From Lingula anatina (Eukaryota > Animalia > Brachiopoda), in assembly GCA_051362555.1 (NCBI GenBank), contig CM120640.1:52120788-52184787 (forward strand): a DNA stretch of 64,000 nt, given 5' to 3'. Positions 12,371 through 24,889 of the stretch are shown here, piece after piece; position 1 is the stretch's first letter, and each line of letters starts with the position of its first letter. The translations under genes and the position numbers were made by a program. The notes under the pieces were generated by a model, which saw only the letters and a list, made by a program, of their open reading frames with translations, made no database searches and was not told where the DNA came from.

Positions 12371-12631
12371 CTTGAATAAATCCTTACTGCACCCGGAATT
12401 GAAAATATGCACTATGGCCTAAATGGCATCAGCATCGAATGAGAGAGATTCGACAGAGATTTCGAAGCGGAGAAACATGAGGCACCGCCATCTTGCCTTC
12501 TTCTTCACGATCTTTGTTAATTAGAGATTGTTTTACTCTAAGCCAATCGTTGAGCCCTGTTGAGGACGAGGACTGCTCAACAGACCAATCAGACGAGGGG
12601 CAGGCTGCTCAACAAAGCTCAATGATTGGTT
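12371..12631 (-). promoter_or_regulatory. Putative transposase promoter and non-coding first exon of family A
   Basis: Three CCAAT/ATTGG boxes with CTCAACA/TGTTGAG repeats (12541-12631), YY1-like CCGCCATCTT (12485-12494) and a minus-strand donor AG|GTAAGA at 12371/12370. The same layout is conserved in family B. Confidence 0.55.
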
Positions 12632-12670
12632 GGTCGAGCCTAAGTGTTACTACTTGGCTGGGTGAGCGCC

Positions 12671-15600
12671 TGGGAATACCTGGTGCCGTAGACACGTTTT
12701 TGACATTTTATTCGTAGCCGATTTCAGTTTCTTTCACTTACCACTTTTTTTTCTTTAAGTTTTCAATTTTTTCCAAATCACAGTTGCGCCGTTGTCTTCG
12801 TCTATCAGTGCGTCGGGCCACGTCTGGACTAGGATGGAAGACCGCCTGGCCACCTTTACTTGTCCTTTTTAGCGTGGCATCAAACAGATGTGTCGATTCC
12901 GTTTCATTTCCTTTCCGTCGATCAAAAACAGTGCTAGCGCGGACAGTCATCGTCTACGACCATACCACGTTGAAAGCACCGGTTCTCGTCCGATCACCGA
13001 AGTTAAGCAACGTCGGGCCAGGTTAGTACTTGGATGGGTGACCGCCTGGGAATACCTGGTGCCGTAGACACGTTTTTGACATTTTATTCGTAGCCGATTT
13101 CAGTTTCTTTCACTTACCACTTTTTTTTCTTTAAGTTTTCAATTTTTTCCAAATCACAGTTGCGCCGTTGTCTTCGTCTATCAGTGCGTCGGGCCACGTC
13201 TGGACTAGGATGGAAGACCGCCTGGCCACCTTTACTTGTCCTTTTTAGCGTGGCATCAAACAGATGTGTCGATTCCGTTTCATTTCCTTTCCGTCGATCA
13301 AAAACAGTGCTAGCGCGGACAGTCATCGTCTACGACCATACCACGTTGAAAGCACCGGTTCTCGTCCGATCACCGAAGTTAAGCAACGTCGGGCCAGGTT
13401 AGTACTTGGATGGGTGACCGCCTGGGAATACCTGGTGCCGTAGACACGTTTTTGACATTTTATTCGTAGCCGATTTCAGTTTCTTTCACTTACCACTTTT
13501 TTTTCTTTAAGTTTTCAATTTTTTCCAAATCACAGTTGCGCCGTTGTCTTCGTCTATCAGTGCGTCGGGCCACGTCTGGACTAGGATGGAAGACCGCCTG
13601 GCCACCTTTACTTGTCCTTTTTAGCGTGGCATCAAACAGATGTGTCGATTCCGTTTCATTTCCTTTCCGTCGATCAAAAACAGTGCTAGCGCGGACAGTC
13701 ATCGTCTACGACCATACCACGTTGAAAGCACCGGTTCTCGTCCGATCACCGAAGTTAAGCAACGTCGGGCCAGGTTAGTACTTGGATGGGTGACCGCCTG
13801 GGAATACCTGGTGCCGTAGACACGTTTTTGACATTTTATTCGTAGCCGATTTCAGTTTCTTTCACTTACCACTTTTTTTTCTTTAAGTTTTCAATTTTTT
13901 CCAAATCACAGTTGCGCCGTTGTCTTCGTCTATCAGTGCGTCGGGCCACGTCTGGACTAGGATGGAAGACCGCCTGGCCACCTTTACTTGTCCTTTTTAG
14001 CGTGGCATCAAACAGATGTGTCGATTCCGTTTCATTTCCTTTCCGTCGATCAAAAACAGTGCTAGCGCGGACAGTCATCGTCTACGACCATACCACGTTG
14101 AAAGCACCGGTTCTCGTCCGATCACCGAAGTTAAGCAACGTCGGGCCAGGTTAGTACTTGGATGGGTGACCGCCTGGGAATACCTGGTGCCGTAGACACG
14201 TTTTTGACATTTTATTCGTAGCCGATTTCAGTTTCTTTCACTTACCACTTTTTTTTCTTTAAGTTTTCAATTTTTTCCAAATCACAGTTGCGCCGTTGTC
14301 TTCGTCTATCAGTGCGTCGGGCCACGTCTGGACTAGGATGGAAGACCGCCTGGCCACCTTTACTTGTCCTTTTTAGCGTGGCATCAAACAGATGTGTCGA
14401 TTCCGTTTCATTTCCTTTCCGTCGATCAAAAACAGTGCTAGCGCGGACAGTCATCGTCTACGACCATACCACGTTGAAAGCACCGGTTCTCGTCCGATCA
14501 CCGAAGTTAAGCAACGTCGGGCCAGGTTAGTACTTGGATGGGTGACCGCCTGGGAATACCTTGTGCCGTAGACACGTTTTTGACATTTTATTCGTAGCCG
14601 ATTTCAGTTTCTTTCACTTACCACTTTTTTTTTCTTTAAGTTTTCAATTTTTTCCAAATCACAGTTGCGCCGTTGTCTTCGTCTATCAGTGCGTCGGGCC
14701 ACGTCTGGACTAGGATGGAAGACCGCCTGGCCACCTTTACTTGTCCTTTTTAGCGTGGCATCAAACAGATGTGTCGATTCCGTTTCATTTCCTTTCCGTC
14801 GATCAAAAACAGTGCTAGCGCGGACAGTCATCGTCTACGACCATACCACGTTGAAAGCACCGGTTCTCGTCCGATCACCGAAGTTAAGCAACGTCGGGCC
14901 AGGTTAGTACTTGGATGGGTGACCGCCTGGGAATACCTGGTGCCGTAGACACGTTTTTGACATTTTATTCGTAGCCGATTTCAGTTTCTTTCACTTACCA
15001 CTTTTTTTTCTTTAAGTTTTCAATTTTTTCCAAATCACAGTTGCGCCGTTGTCTTCGTCTATCAGTGCGTCGGGCCACGTCTGGACTAGGATGGAAGACC
15101 GCCTGGCCACCTTTACTTGTCCTTTTTAGCGTGGCATCAAACAGATGTGTCGATTCCGTTTCATTTCCTTTCCGTCGATCAAAAACAGTGCTAGCGCGGA
15201 CAGTCATCGTCTACGACCATACCACGTTGAAAGCACCGGTTCTCGTCCGATCACCGAAGTTAAGCAACGTCGGGCCAGGTTAGTACTTGGATGGGTGACC
15301 GCCTGGGAATACCTGGTGCCGTAGACACGTTTTTGACATTTTATTCGTAGCCGATTTCAGTTTCTTTCACTTACCACTTTTTTTTTCTTTAAGTTTTCAA
15401 TTTTTTCCAAATCACAGTTGCGCCGTTGTCTTCGTCTATCAGTGCGTCGGGCCACGTCTGGACTAGGATGGAAGACCGCCTGGCCACCTTTACTTGTCCT
15501 TTTTAGCGTGGCATCAAACAGATGTGTCGATTCCGTTTCATTTCCTTTCCGTCGATCAAAAACAGTGCTAGCGCGGACAGTCATCGTCTACGACCATACC

Positions 15601-16439
15601 ACGTTGAAAGCACCGGTTCTCGTCCGATCACCGAAGTTAAGCAACGTCGGGCCAGGTTAGTACTTGGATGGGTGACCGCCTGGGAATACCTGGTGCCGTA
15701 GACACGTTTTTGACATTTTATTCGTAGCCGATTTCAGTTTCTTTCACTTACCACTTTTTTTTCTTTAAGTTTTCAATTTTTTCCAAATCACAGTTGCGCC
15801 GTTGTCTTCGTCTATCAGTGCGTCGGGCCACGTCTGGACTAGGATGGAAGACCGCCTGGCCACCTTTACTTGTCCTTTTTAGCGTGGCATCAAACAGATG
15901 TGTCGATTCCGTTTCATTTCCTTTCCGTCGATCAAAAACAGTGCTAGCGCGGACAGTCATCGTCTACGACCATACCACGTTGAAAGCACCGGTTCTCGTC
16001 CGATCACCGAAGTTAAGCAACGTCGGGCCAGGTTAGTACTTGGATGGGTGACCGCCTGGGAATACCTGGTGCCGTAGACACGTTTTTGACATTTTATTCG
16101 TAGCCGATTTCAGTTTCTTTCACTTACCACTTTTTTTTCTTTAAGTTTTCAATTTTTTCCAAATCACAGTTGCGCCGTTGTCTTCGTCTATCAGTGCGTC
16201 GGGCCACGTCTGGACTAGGATGGAAGACCGCCTGGCCACCTTTACTTGTCCTTTTTAGCGTGGCATCAAACAGATGTGTCGATTCCGTTTCATTTCCTTT
16301 CCGTCGATCAAAAACAGTGCTAGCGCGGACAGTCATCGTCTACGACCATACCACGTTGAAAGCACCGGTTCTCGTCCGATCACCGAAGTTAAGCAACGTC
16401 GGGCCAGGTTAGTACTTGGATGGGTGACCGCCTGGGAAT
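12671..16439 (+). rRNA. 5S rRNA: 5S rDNA tandem block 2: 10 genes (12952...16338), last interrupted
   Basis: 376/377-bp units. Confidence 0.98.
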
Positions 16440-17641
16440 GGCTTATGGGGCCACCATGTTGGTTTGCCCGTTCATGATCATCCTGCCCAAAGAATGAAGA
16501 AAAAGCGCACACTATACAAATTGTCTTCTAGTATAGCCCACATGGGAAATAAATACTACTGATAATTGTCAGTGAAAGTACTTTTAACTTTCCATTATTT
16601 TTCATGCTATTTTCTTCAGTTTCTTCCACAATTTATGTTTTATATTTAATAAGATCATTTTATATATTTTCTTATATACCAGTGCATTTAAATTTAATTT
16701 CAGAATGAGATGTTGTAAATGTTTAAGAACTGAATTATATTCCTCATCTGTCATTTAAACAAGAAAAAAGAACACACAATTTAATCACTTCATATTTTAT
16801 TAATTTCCTCTCCATTTTGTTTGTTGTGTAGACAGACACTGTCAGAGAAATGCCAATCACACATTAGCGTTTGCATTATAATGAAAATGATACAGACTGC
16901 CTCAACGACAATATAGTGAACATCTTATTTACTTCAAAAATTTTTCTGAATTATAATTTCTTTTCAGTTATAATAGAAATGAGGGTATTGAAATTTATGA
17001 AATTTATACCATCTATAAAGAGTATATTATTCCTGGAATTCAGGAGACAAAGTGACAACCTGGTGTATAATCTTAACAAGCAAGAGGAAATATATACATT
17101 TGTCACAATCTTAAATATATCCATTTCTAGCTAAACATCTATCTTTGCCACAACTTCAAAATACGCTAATAACAATATATTGTAAAAAAAAAGTTATTTA
17201 ACTAATAAGCACCCAAGTTCTGAAAGTTATCAACATATAATCATAACATATTTGACACAAATCAGTATCGTTTTCATCATTATATGAAAAAGTAATTAGA
17301 TCCTGATCATCCCAGCTCTCAGTAACAACTTAAGTACAAGAGTGTATTCTTGTAACTGACAGTGCTGAGTAATATCATATCAAATTCATTTGTCAATCAA
17401 TATCTATCCAATCATTATATTACAGTTTAACAGCTACATATAAGTTGACATCTCATGAATGTCTTCTGCTCTTCATCATTATTTTGAAAACAATACACTG
17501 TATGGAAGAAAGCAAAAAAAAAAAAAAAAGGCATGAAATTCCTGAGCAGTAAACTAAAAGCTGACAGGGCTAAAACCACAATCTCAAAGCATCATAGGGT
17601 GACAATCAGCCATTTGCACCTTTCTTTTTATGAATGAAAGA

Positions 17642-20600
17642 TTAACTACATTTGTTGCTGTTTTTTCTTTTTTCTAACTCCTTGTCCACAACCTCCTTAA
17701 AATGCTCAAAATTGTGAAAATTCATTTTGTCAAACCCTGGAGTGGTGGATTTTCCAGTTGCTGGACAAAAAGTAAAAAGTTTCTGATTGCTATATTGTGT
17801 TTTGTCCTTGGATGGGGTGTACCGTTTCCTCTGTCCACCACATCGTGGTACTTTACAGGCCGAGCAAGGTTTGTCCGACTTGTCTGGCAGGAAAGGTTTG
17901 GCACGAGGTGGTGGAGCAGGTGCTGGTTTAAAGCCGAAGGGCAAGCCTTGGATAGTGGATGCTCCTGGGGAGAAAGTTATCGTCTTTCCTGCTGGCTGTG
18001 CAGGCACCACCAACAACACAGGTGCACCTAATGACTTCTTAGGGCGCAATGGTGGTGGCACAGGTGACAAAGATGAAGCTTGTGATAGGCCACCAGCCAT
18101 CTCTGACATCTCACCACTTTGAGCAGAGGCCTGCTTTACTGTTGTTTTTTTCAGTGGCTGGGGTTCATCCAAGTCCAGCTTCCTTTTCTGGAGGGGGCGC
18201 TTCCCAGTGACCAGAGGAATGTCTGGGTAACTGATTTCTTGATGAGAGGGTGGAGGCAAACAAGGTGGAAGGTTGTCAGCATCAGGCATCGGTGATTCAG
18301 ATATCACCCTCCTATGACTGGTCACTGAAGGCACTGTTGTTGAGAAATAATTGGCCTTTTTCTTTTCCACTAAGAGAAAGCTGCTGATAGACTTGGCATT
18401 AATGTTAGGCAGAGGTATATTTAAGTTCCTTAATATAGGGTCATCCCTAACTCTATCCACAATTCTCTGATAGTCTCCTTTGACTCTATTTGCCACCTTG
18501 GAGGGGGAACTCAGGGTGTTAACTGGAGGGCGATTCTTTATCATCTTTATCAATATATAAATGAGGCGAGATTCCTCGGTAATACTTGCTGCCTGGGCAT
18601 ACCTCATCCACCCAAACTTTGTTTTCTGGGCTGCACTACTCAAGGGGGACTCAGGGCCTAGGCACCTGCCAAAGAGACTATATCCCCACTTTGACGTGTA
18701 CTTTCTGGTGAACTGTGAGTACGACTTGTCATGCTCATGGAGAGCCAGTGCAGCTACTCTTATTTCTTCCCTGAGTGGTGCTGGGATAATGTGTCTGGTG
18801 CTATCATCAGCAAGCTGTAAAAGCAACACAGCCAGATTCTCAACCTCCTCAAAACCAGGTAGATGGAGGTGTCTAGGTGCCATGAGGACATCCTGCAGAA
18901 CTGGACTGATCACCTATAATACAATGATAATAATAGATCTATTTTGAGTCTAAAATCCATAAAATTTTTAGTAGACTGTACAACATAAAATTTATAAAAA
19001 TTTAAAGATAAAAATTATTAAGATGAATACATAAAAAAAAAAAAAAATTAAAGTTTGACTACTTAACAGTATTTGAATTACAAAAATCATTTGTAATGTA
19101 AATATTTTTTCAAAACATGAACAAAAGTCAAAAGTAAGACATCTTAAATATGTGCGTTTTCGATTCCTTTTTTAAATGATTCACGTGCTTCTATTTTCTA
19201 AGGTAAATTGGCAGTTCATTCTACCCATGCAGCTATACAAAATGCTATGTCACCATATGTACCTCATCTACTTTTTCTGCTTGTGTTACAGAGGTGTGCG
19301 ACTTGCTGATGTTGTTGATTGGGTCTGTGTCCTTTAGATCCAATACTACCCCCTCATCCTCCGATTCCTCATCACCTTCACCACTATCTTCCTTCTCTTC
19401 TTCTTCTTCTTCCACTTCTCTGGACTGTTCTTCATCAACTGCAAAGTTAAAAAGAGGATGAACACTAATGACAAATAATAAAAGCTAGTCAAATGTGTTG
19501 CAAATAAATATGATAACAGATGAAGCCATTTCAATGTTTTTTTTTTTTTTTTGCATAACAAAGTAAATTTGTTCTTTCATGCATAATATTACATGTAAAA
19601 TAATTGGTAAATATGTATTTCACCTTTCTGTACATAGTACTCTTTGGAGTGGAAATCTGTTGACTGGCAATATGCATATTCAACACCTAGTAGCTCTTCT
19701 TCTTCAGGGTTTTGATAACTGTTAGGGAATGGCATTGGAGCAGCAAAGTTTGGCTCAAATAAATGATCCTTCCCAAACAAAACCTCAGCTTGCCGATTTA
19801 GGCGCTGTATCTGTCGTAAATCAGTGCACAAAGTTTTTCTCCCCTGACCTCCAGCTACTCTGAGTGCATCCATCCGTGCATTCCACTGCACCGCAAAGCT
19901 CATGAGGTATACCTACAAAACATACAGAAATTCAATGCACAGTTCTAGTGTGAGGGAAAAATCAGATGGAATATGTGTGGATAAATGATACATCAGTCCA
20001 TTAAGTTTCAATTTAAAAAAAATGAGAATATCCCTTCATTTTCATAAATATTAATATGCTATGAATGTCATTATTTATTGTTCAAATATTCTTTACATGT
20101 TGTAACTGAACTTATTTCTCAGTTATCATACACACACTTAATTCAATTTATTACTCTTTACCAAATGTGGTTTACAAACATTACCTGAAATGGCATAATT
20201 CCACATCTTTTTGAAGGAACTGCATGGTACATATGGGCGTGTAATCCTTCCAATGAGTTGCTACCTCTGCGACACCTGTACTTATTTAGCTGCACTCCAT
20301 TAATGGTCACTTGCTTGGTGGTCACATACAATTGTACTCCAGGTGGATCCTGATATTATAAAACAATTTTTAAAATGAATTAAAACATGTTGCACTGTTA
20401 TAAATCAACATTTTTATTGCAGGGGAAAATGAAAAATTACCATTTTTTTGCATGAATGATGGATCAATGACATAATAAGTGTAAAAATTACCTGCATACA
20501 ACTCAGATGTTTACTAGCAATCAACCAGTGATTATCTACAGCTTCTGATGACTTGAAGAGTGGAATACCATCTATATCAAGACCTGCTGGACCCTTGAAC

Positions 20601-23600
20601 TCCTCCAATATAGACTCAATAACACTTGCACTTTCCTGAAAAGATGAATTGAAACCATTAGTACTTAGTATTTGACTGAATTATCATTTTGCACTGTAAA
20701 CTGAAAACAATTGAAGTGAAGTGTGTCATACATTTATATATATGCAATGTTCATAGGAATGACACAAAATGCAAGTTGTTATATGCATTCCACAAGTTGT
20801 TAAGTATCTCAAGTTGTGTAGCACAATTTAAAACAGAGTGTAATCACCTCAACACCACGTGTTACACGTCGCACATAGGATTTCATCTGGTGGGGCTTGA
20901 CAAATTCTAACATGTCATAGTCACTGTACTGGGAATACATCTCCATGTTCCCATTTCTAACTGCCTTGACCAGTGTCATCAGATCTTCCCGGTTGTATGC
21001 AAGGATGGCTCCAGCCATTGCACTCATGAATACACCATATTTTGCATGGGTCTGTTTTATCACCACGGCATCCCACCTGTGTAACCAATGTCTGATGTCT
21101 AGCCTTATCACCAGTCCTTCAGCAACCCAGTCCGCAAACAGGCTCTCATACCATGAAGCTCCACCATCACTAACAAAGAAATATATCAAATACATTACAC
21201 CATGAGGAAAAAATAAAATAAATGAATGTTTAACTGAACACAAATATTTATTTCTACTTTTCATCATTACTATTATAATTGAGTTTACATACCGACAGCA
21301 GTTGTTGTCCGTGTAGAGTAACTTTGGTGCATTCACATTGGCACGTCTATAACGAGCAATAAGACCTCTTGCCATTCTTCTGTAGCAGTCCTCAGACTCT
21401 GAAGCAACTAAAATCGTTGTGACAAACTGACCCCATTCATTAAGAACACTGGTCAAATAGTGAAAGGTTCCCCTTCCATCTCCATACACTTTCTTCAAAA
21501 TCTGCAAAAGAAAAAGAGAACAAACAGATAACTAAATGAAAATAAAAGTCAATGCAAACTAATATACGTGATCATTAAAGCTTGTCTACAGTAAGTTTTT
21601 AAAAAATTACAAGCTTTTAGGGAAGGACAAAATTTCTTGTAATTTTTTATTTCATAATTTTCATAACAACACACATTACCTGCTTAGTGCCATCTATACA
21701 CAGTATCTCTCCAGTCACACTTAAAATGGAGGCCCTGTAGTCAGGTAACTTTGCCATCTCCATCAACATGTGGGCCTTCCTTAGTATCTGTGGTGATGGT
21801 AGTGGAGTCTGGAGGAGTGGTGGGGTGTACGTCCCTTCAGGTTTTATGTATGACAAGATTCCACGCTGGCTGGAATTGCTGGCAGTGTGAGCCTGGTAGA
21901 GTAGTGTTTGGTACATATCTCTCCTCTCGGTATACCATTCATCATGTCCTTGTTTGAGAATCCTGTGAACTTTAGTCATTGAGACCGAGCTCAATCTGTC
22001 TGACAACAATGTGACCACATTTTTGTCCACTGCCCGCTTTCCGCACATCACAGCAGGAAACATACCCCTAACAGCTGGAGCTAGACTGGACAAAATCTGG
22101 GGACTGTAGGCTAGCCAAGAGTATTGCACTTGTTCCCTTCCATCATCCTGCAGACCAGTGGTTGTGGCACCACGCTGCTTCTTGCAGTGAATACAGAAGA
22201 GACGCTCAGTCAAGATGGTATAATAATACCTTAATCCACATACGGGTCTTGCCACATTACAGAACCCATGCTTACTGAGGTAAGCTCCAGGTGCTGGACA
22301 GTTGGCATTGGGGCACTTAATCTTCACCTCCATTACACCAACAGGTCTCCAAAAAAACACTGGGGTTGTAAAAAACGACAGCATGTTGGGCAGGGACCCT
22401 TTCATAATTGTAGGAATGGGTGGTGGACTGAACTCCATCTTTCCTTTGAAGACTTTCCTGAACACAGTGGCACCTTGTGCATTTTTGTATGGTTTTGGTG
22501 GTTCGAAGAGCCCATACTCATCACAATCTTTCAACCACTTCATATTGGGCGCTGTAATGCCCTGGTCCCACTGTTTCTGCCAGCCATCCAGTGTAACAGA
22601 ATCCTCACAATCAGGGTCCTGGATTGAAAACTCATGTACTGACACATCTCTGTCAGAGCTGGATGGGACGGCATCATCTAAGATGGTCAGATGTGTGCAA
22701 ACTGGGACATCCGACTCACTAAGTACATTTTCTGTGAATGTAACAATAAGAAAATTAAAATAAATGTAACAATGTGTGGTTTAATTGACTGTATGAAAAT
22801 TGATAAAGCTTCACATTTACATTATAAAATAGATTTGAACTATTATGATGTTAAAATATTAAAGAGGAAAAATAGATGTTACTTTTGAGACAATGACAAT
22901 CACTTAGGCAGAAGAATAATGTTTAAGTGTAGTCAAACAAAATGACGAATCACTAAGAAAATCAATAATTACAGTGTTTAGTGTTAAAAAAGACACCACA
23001 CCACACCACCAAGTTAATTTGCAGCAATGTGTAAAGAAGCAGTGCTCCACAGCAATACATAAAGCAATATCAGTAGGCACTATGATATCACGTCAAGCTT
23101 AACCCATGCCACCATCATACCCACATATAGATAAGATGTATTAAGTCTCACCATAATGTTCCATATCATACATATGCAAGCTAAAATAAAATTCATTACA
23201 AATTGAATTAGATGAATAAATTTTCTTACTGTGATTTACTCACTAACTTATATATTATTGTAATTCAATTTTAAAGACAGTAATGTTTTTTTTAAAGAGA
23301 AATCAATCAAAAAGTTTAAGATGAATTAAGGTTTATTAATTTGTGTCATTATATCATTTACTACACATTCACCTGCATGTGACAGCAGTTCTGAATCTTC
23401 AACATATCCGGGGTCTTGTGCCAGGTCACTTCTAGCTACAGTAGTGGAAGATATTTCTTTCTTTGATGCCTCTTTCTGTTAAGTGGGGTAAAGTTCCAAT
23501 GAATAAAACAACAATATCGAATAGGCTGGAACTTTCAGATAAATCGAATGCTACTGCACAATATAACAGAATTCGTAATTAATAAAAGCACTTGAAACAA

Positions 23601-24214
23601 TGAAAACAGATCTTTTAAAGTTTATATATCATACACCAATCATAACTGAAATAGATTTGAATAAAAATGCCAAGTCTTACCTTAAGTCTTTTTTCCAAAT
23701 GTACCTGGACAACACTAAAACTGTTAACAAACTCCAAGAGTTGCTGCTTCAACCATCGCAGCTGCTCATTTTTCTCTCCACTGTGAGAAAATTCAGCTAG
23801 GAGCCAAACTGCCCATCCTACATCATTCTCAAGCAGCCACTTGAAAGTCTGCCCAGCATACTTTCCAAATGTGAGGACAAGCTGTGATCGCCACAAATCA
23901 TGGCCCAAACTCTTTGCTTTGGCTTCAGCGGTGCTAGGTTCCAACCATACATCATCAATACTCGATTTAGGCACCTTAGCCACATCTTTAGCTGCCTTGG
24001 TGCATTGCAGTTTTGCCTCATGTTGATTGTATAAGGGGATGACAGGGTACTGGTGCTGTTTTAAGTGGTGTTGTAGATGTTGCTTGAGAGTAAATACCTT
24101 CTTACAATCAGTACACTCGAAAGTTTTCTCTTCATGAATCTTCATGTGGCGGTTCAAGTTGGACTTGAATTTAAATTTGCTGTTACAAATATGGCATTGG
24201 TGTACCGTCTCCAT
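17642..24214 (-). CDS. Dada-like DDE transposase, 10 coding exons, about 1421 aa
   Basis: Exons 24214-23681, 23475-23373, 22731-21680, 21501-21293, 21169-20848, 20635-20492, 20349-20185, 19912-19624, 19438-19263, 18913-17642 total 4266 nt in frame. Six exon lengths equal family A (103, 209, 322, 144, 165, 289). Motifs LCIDGT, YTDNNCC, RLDIRH, RGSNSLEGLH and two C2H2 fingers. Confidence 0.88.
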
Positions 24215-24584
24215 TTTGACCTAAATTAAAGGGAACACAAAAGAATCTTTAACATTATCAATGCGAAAATGATCAAATATTTCTTGTTTCCATATTAATG
24301 GAACAAATCTTACTCTCGATCTATCGATCACCGCATGTAAAATCGTAAGTTTTCAGGCTTCCAAAAAGATCATCTAACCTGCAAACCACCATTCACCTGA
24401 CGGTATATCATATAAAAGACTTCTTTACATTAAATATATTGCGGCGAAACAACATAACGGCCCACATTCCAATCAAAACACACCTAATCTATCGGTGTTT
24501 GCTGAGCAAACATTGCCCTTTACACACAAAAGTTACCGAGCCCGGTTTCTTCAAAACTAATCACATGTTCGATAATATTCTTAC

Positions 24585-24850
24585 CTGAGCTAGATCCTAG
24601 CAAAAATCTGAGTGAGAGGAACTTTCATTTGGAGTACTGTGACGCACATTCATTGTATAACGGCCAAAAAGAAATTTAGAGCGAGACATACTAAGGCCGC
24701 CATATTGGCTTCATCTTCAATCTTTATTAATTGGAGATTGTTTTTGTTCAGCCAATCATTGAGCGCTGTTGAGCAGCGGATCTCCTCAACAGAGCGACGT
24801 GATTGGTCTGTTGAGCAAACTCATCGCTCAACAGGGATCAATGATTGGTC
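24585..24850 (-). promoter_or_regulatory. Putative transposase promoter and non-coding first exon of family B
   Basis: CCAAT/ATTGG boxes and TGTTGAG/CTCAACA repeats at 24750-24850, CCGCCATATT at 24697-24706, donor AG|GTAAGA at 24585/24584. Confidence 0.55.
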
Positions 24851-24889
24851 TGTAAAAAGAGTCTAAACCAACACGTTCGGAAAATTGCC

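Larger units (their letters stand above)
5081..12670 (-). mobile_element. 5S-targeting Dada-like DNA transposon, family A copy 1 (7590 bp)
   Basis: Interrupts a 5S gene. TGGGAAT is duplicated at 5074-5080 and 12671-12677. Termini GGC...GCC, no long TIRs. Encodes a spliced DDE transposase antisense to the 5S genes. Confidence 0.9.
16440..24889 (-). mobile_element. 5S-targeting Dada-like DNA transposon, family B (8450 bp)
   Basis: TGGGAAT is duplicated at 16433-16439 and 24890-24896. Termini GGC...GCC. Same site and orientation as family A, but non-coding sequence is largely unalignable by eye. Confidence 0.9.

Noticed and set aside
5081-12670. Site-specific non-LTR retrotransposon (R2- or Mutsu-like) or Helitron
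   Set aside because: No reverse transcriptase, endonuclease or Rep/helicase motifs. Multiple introns, no poly-A tail, no 5' truncation, and DDE/DxxH motifs are present.
21170-21292. Coding insertion in family B (ORF 20809-21507 reads through it)
   Set aside because: 123-nt AT-rich GT-AG intron at the same position and phase as the family A intron, open by chance.
6801-22763. Plus-strand ORFs overlapping the transposase exons, and short ORFs in the UTRs
   Set aside because: Antisense shadows or AT-rich noise, not conserved between families A and B.
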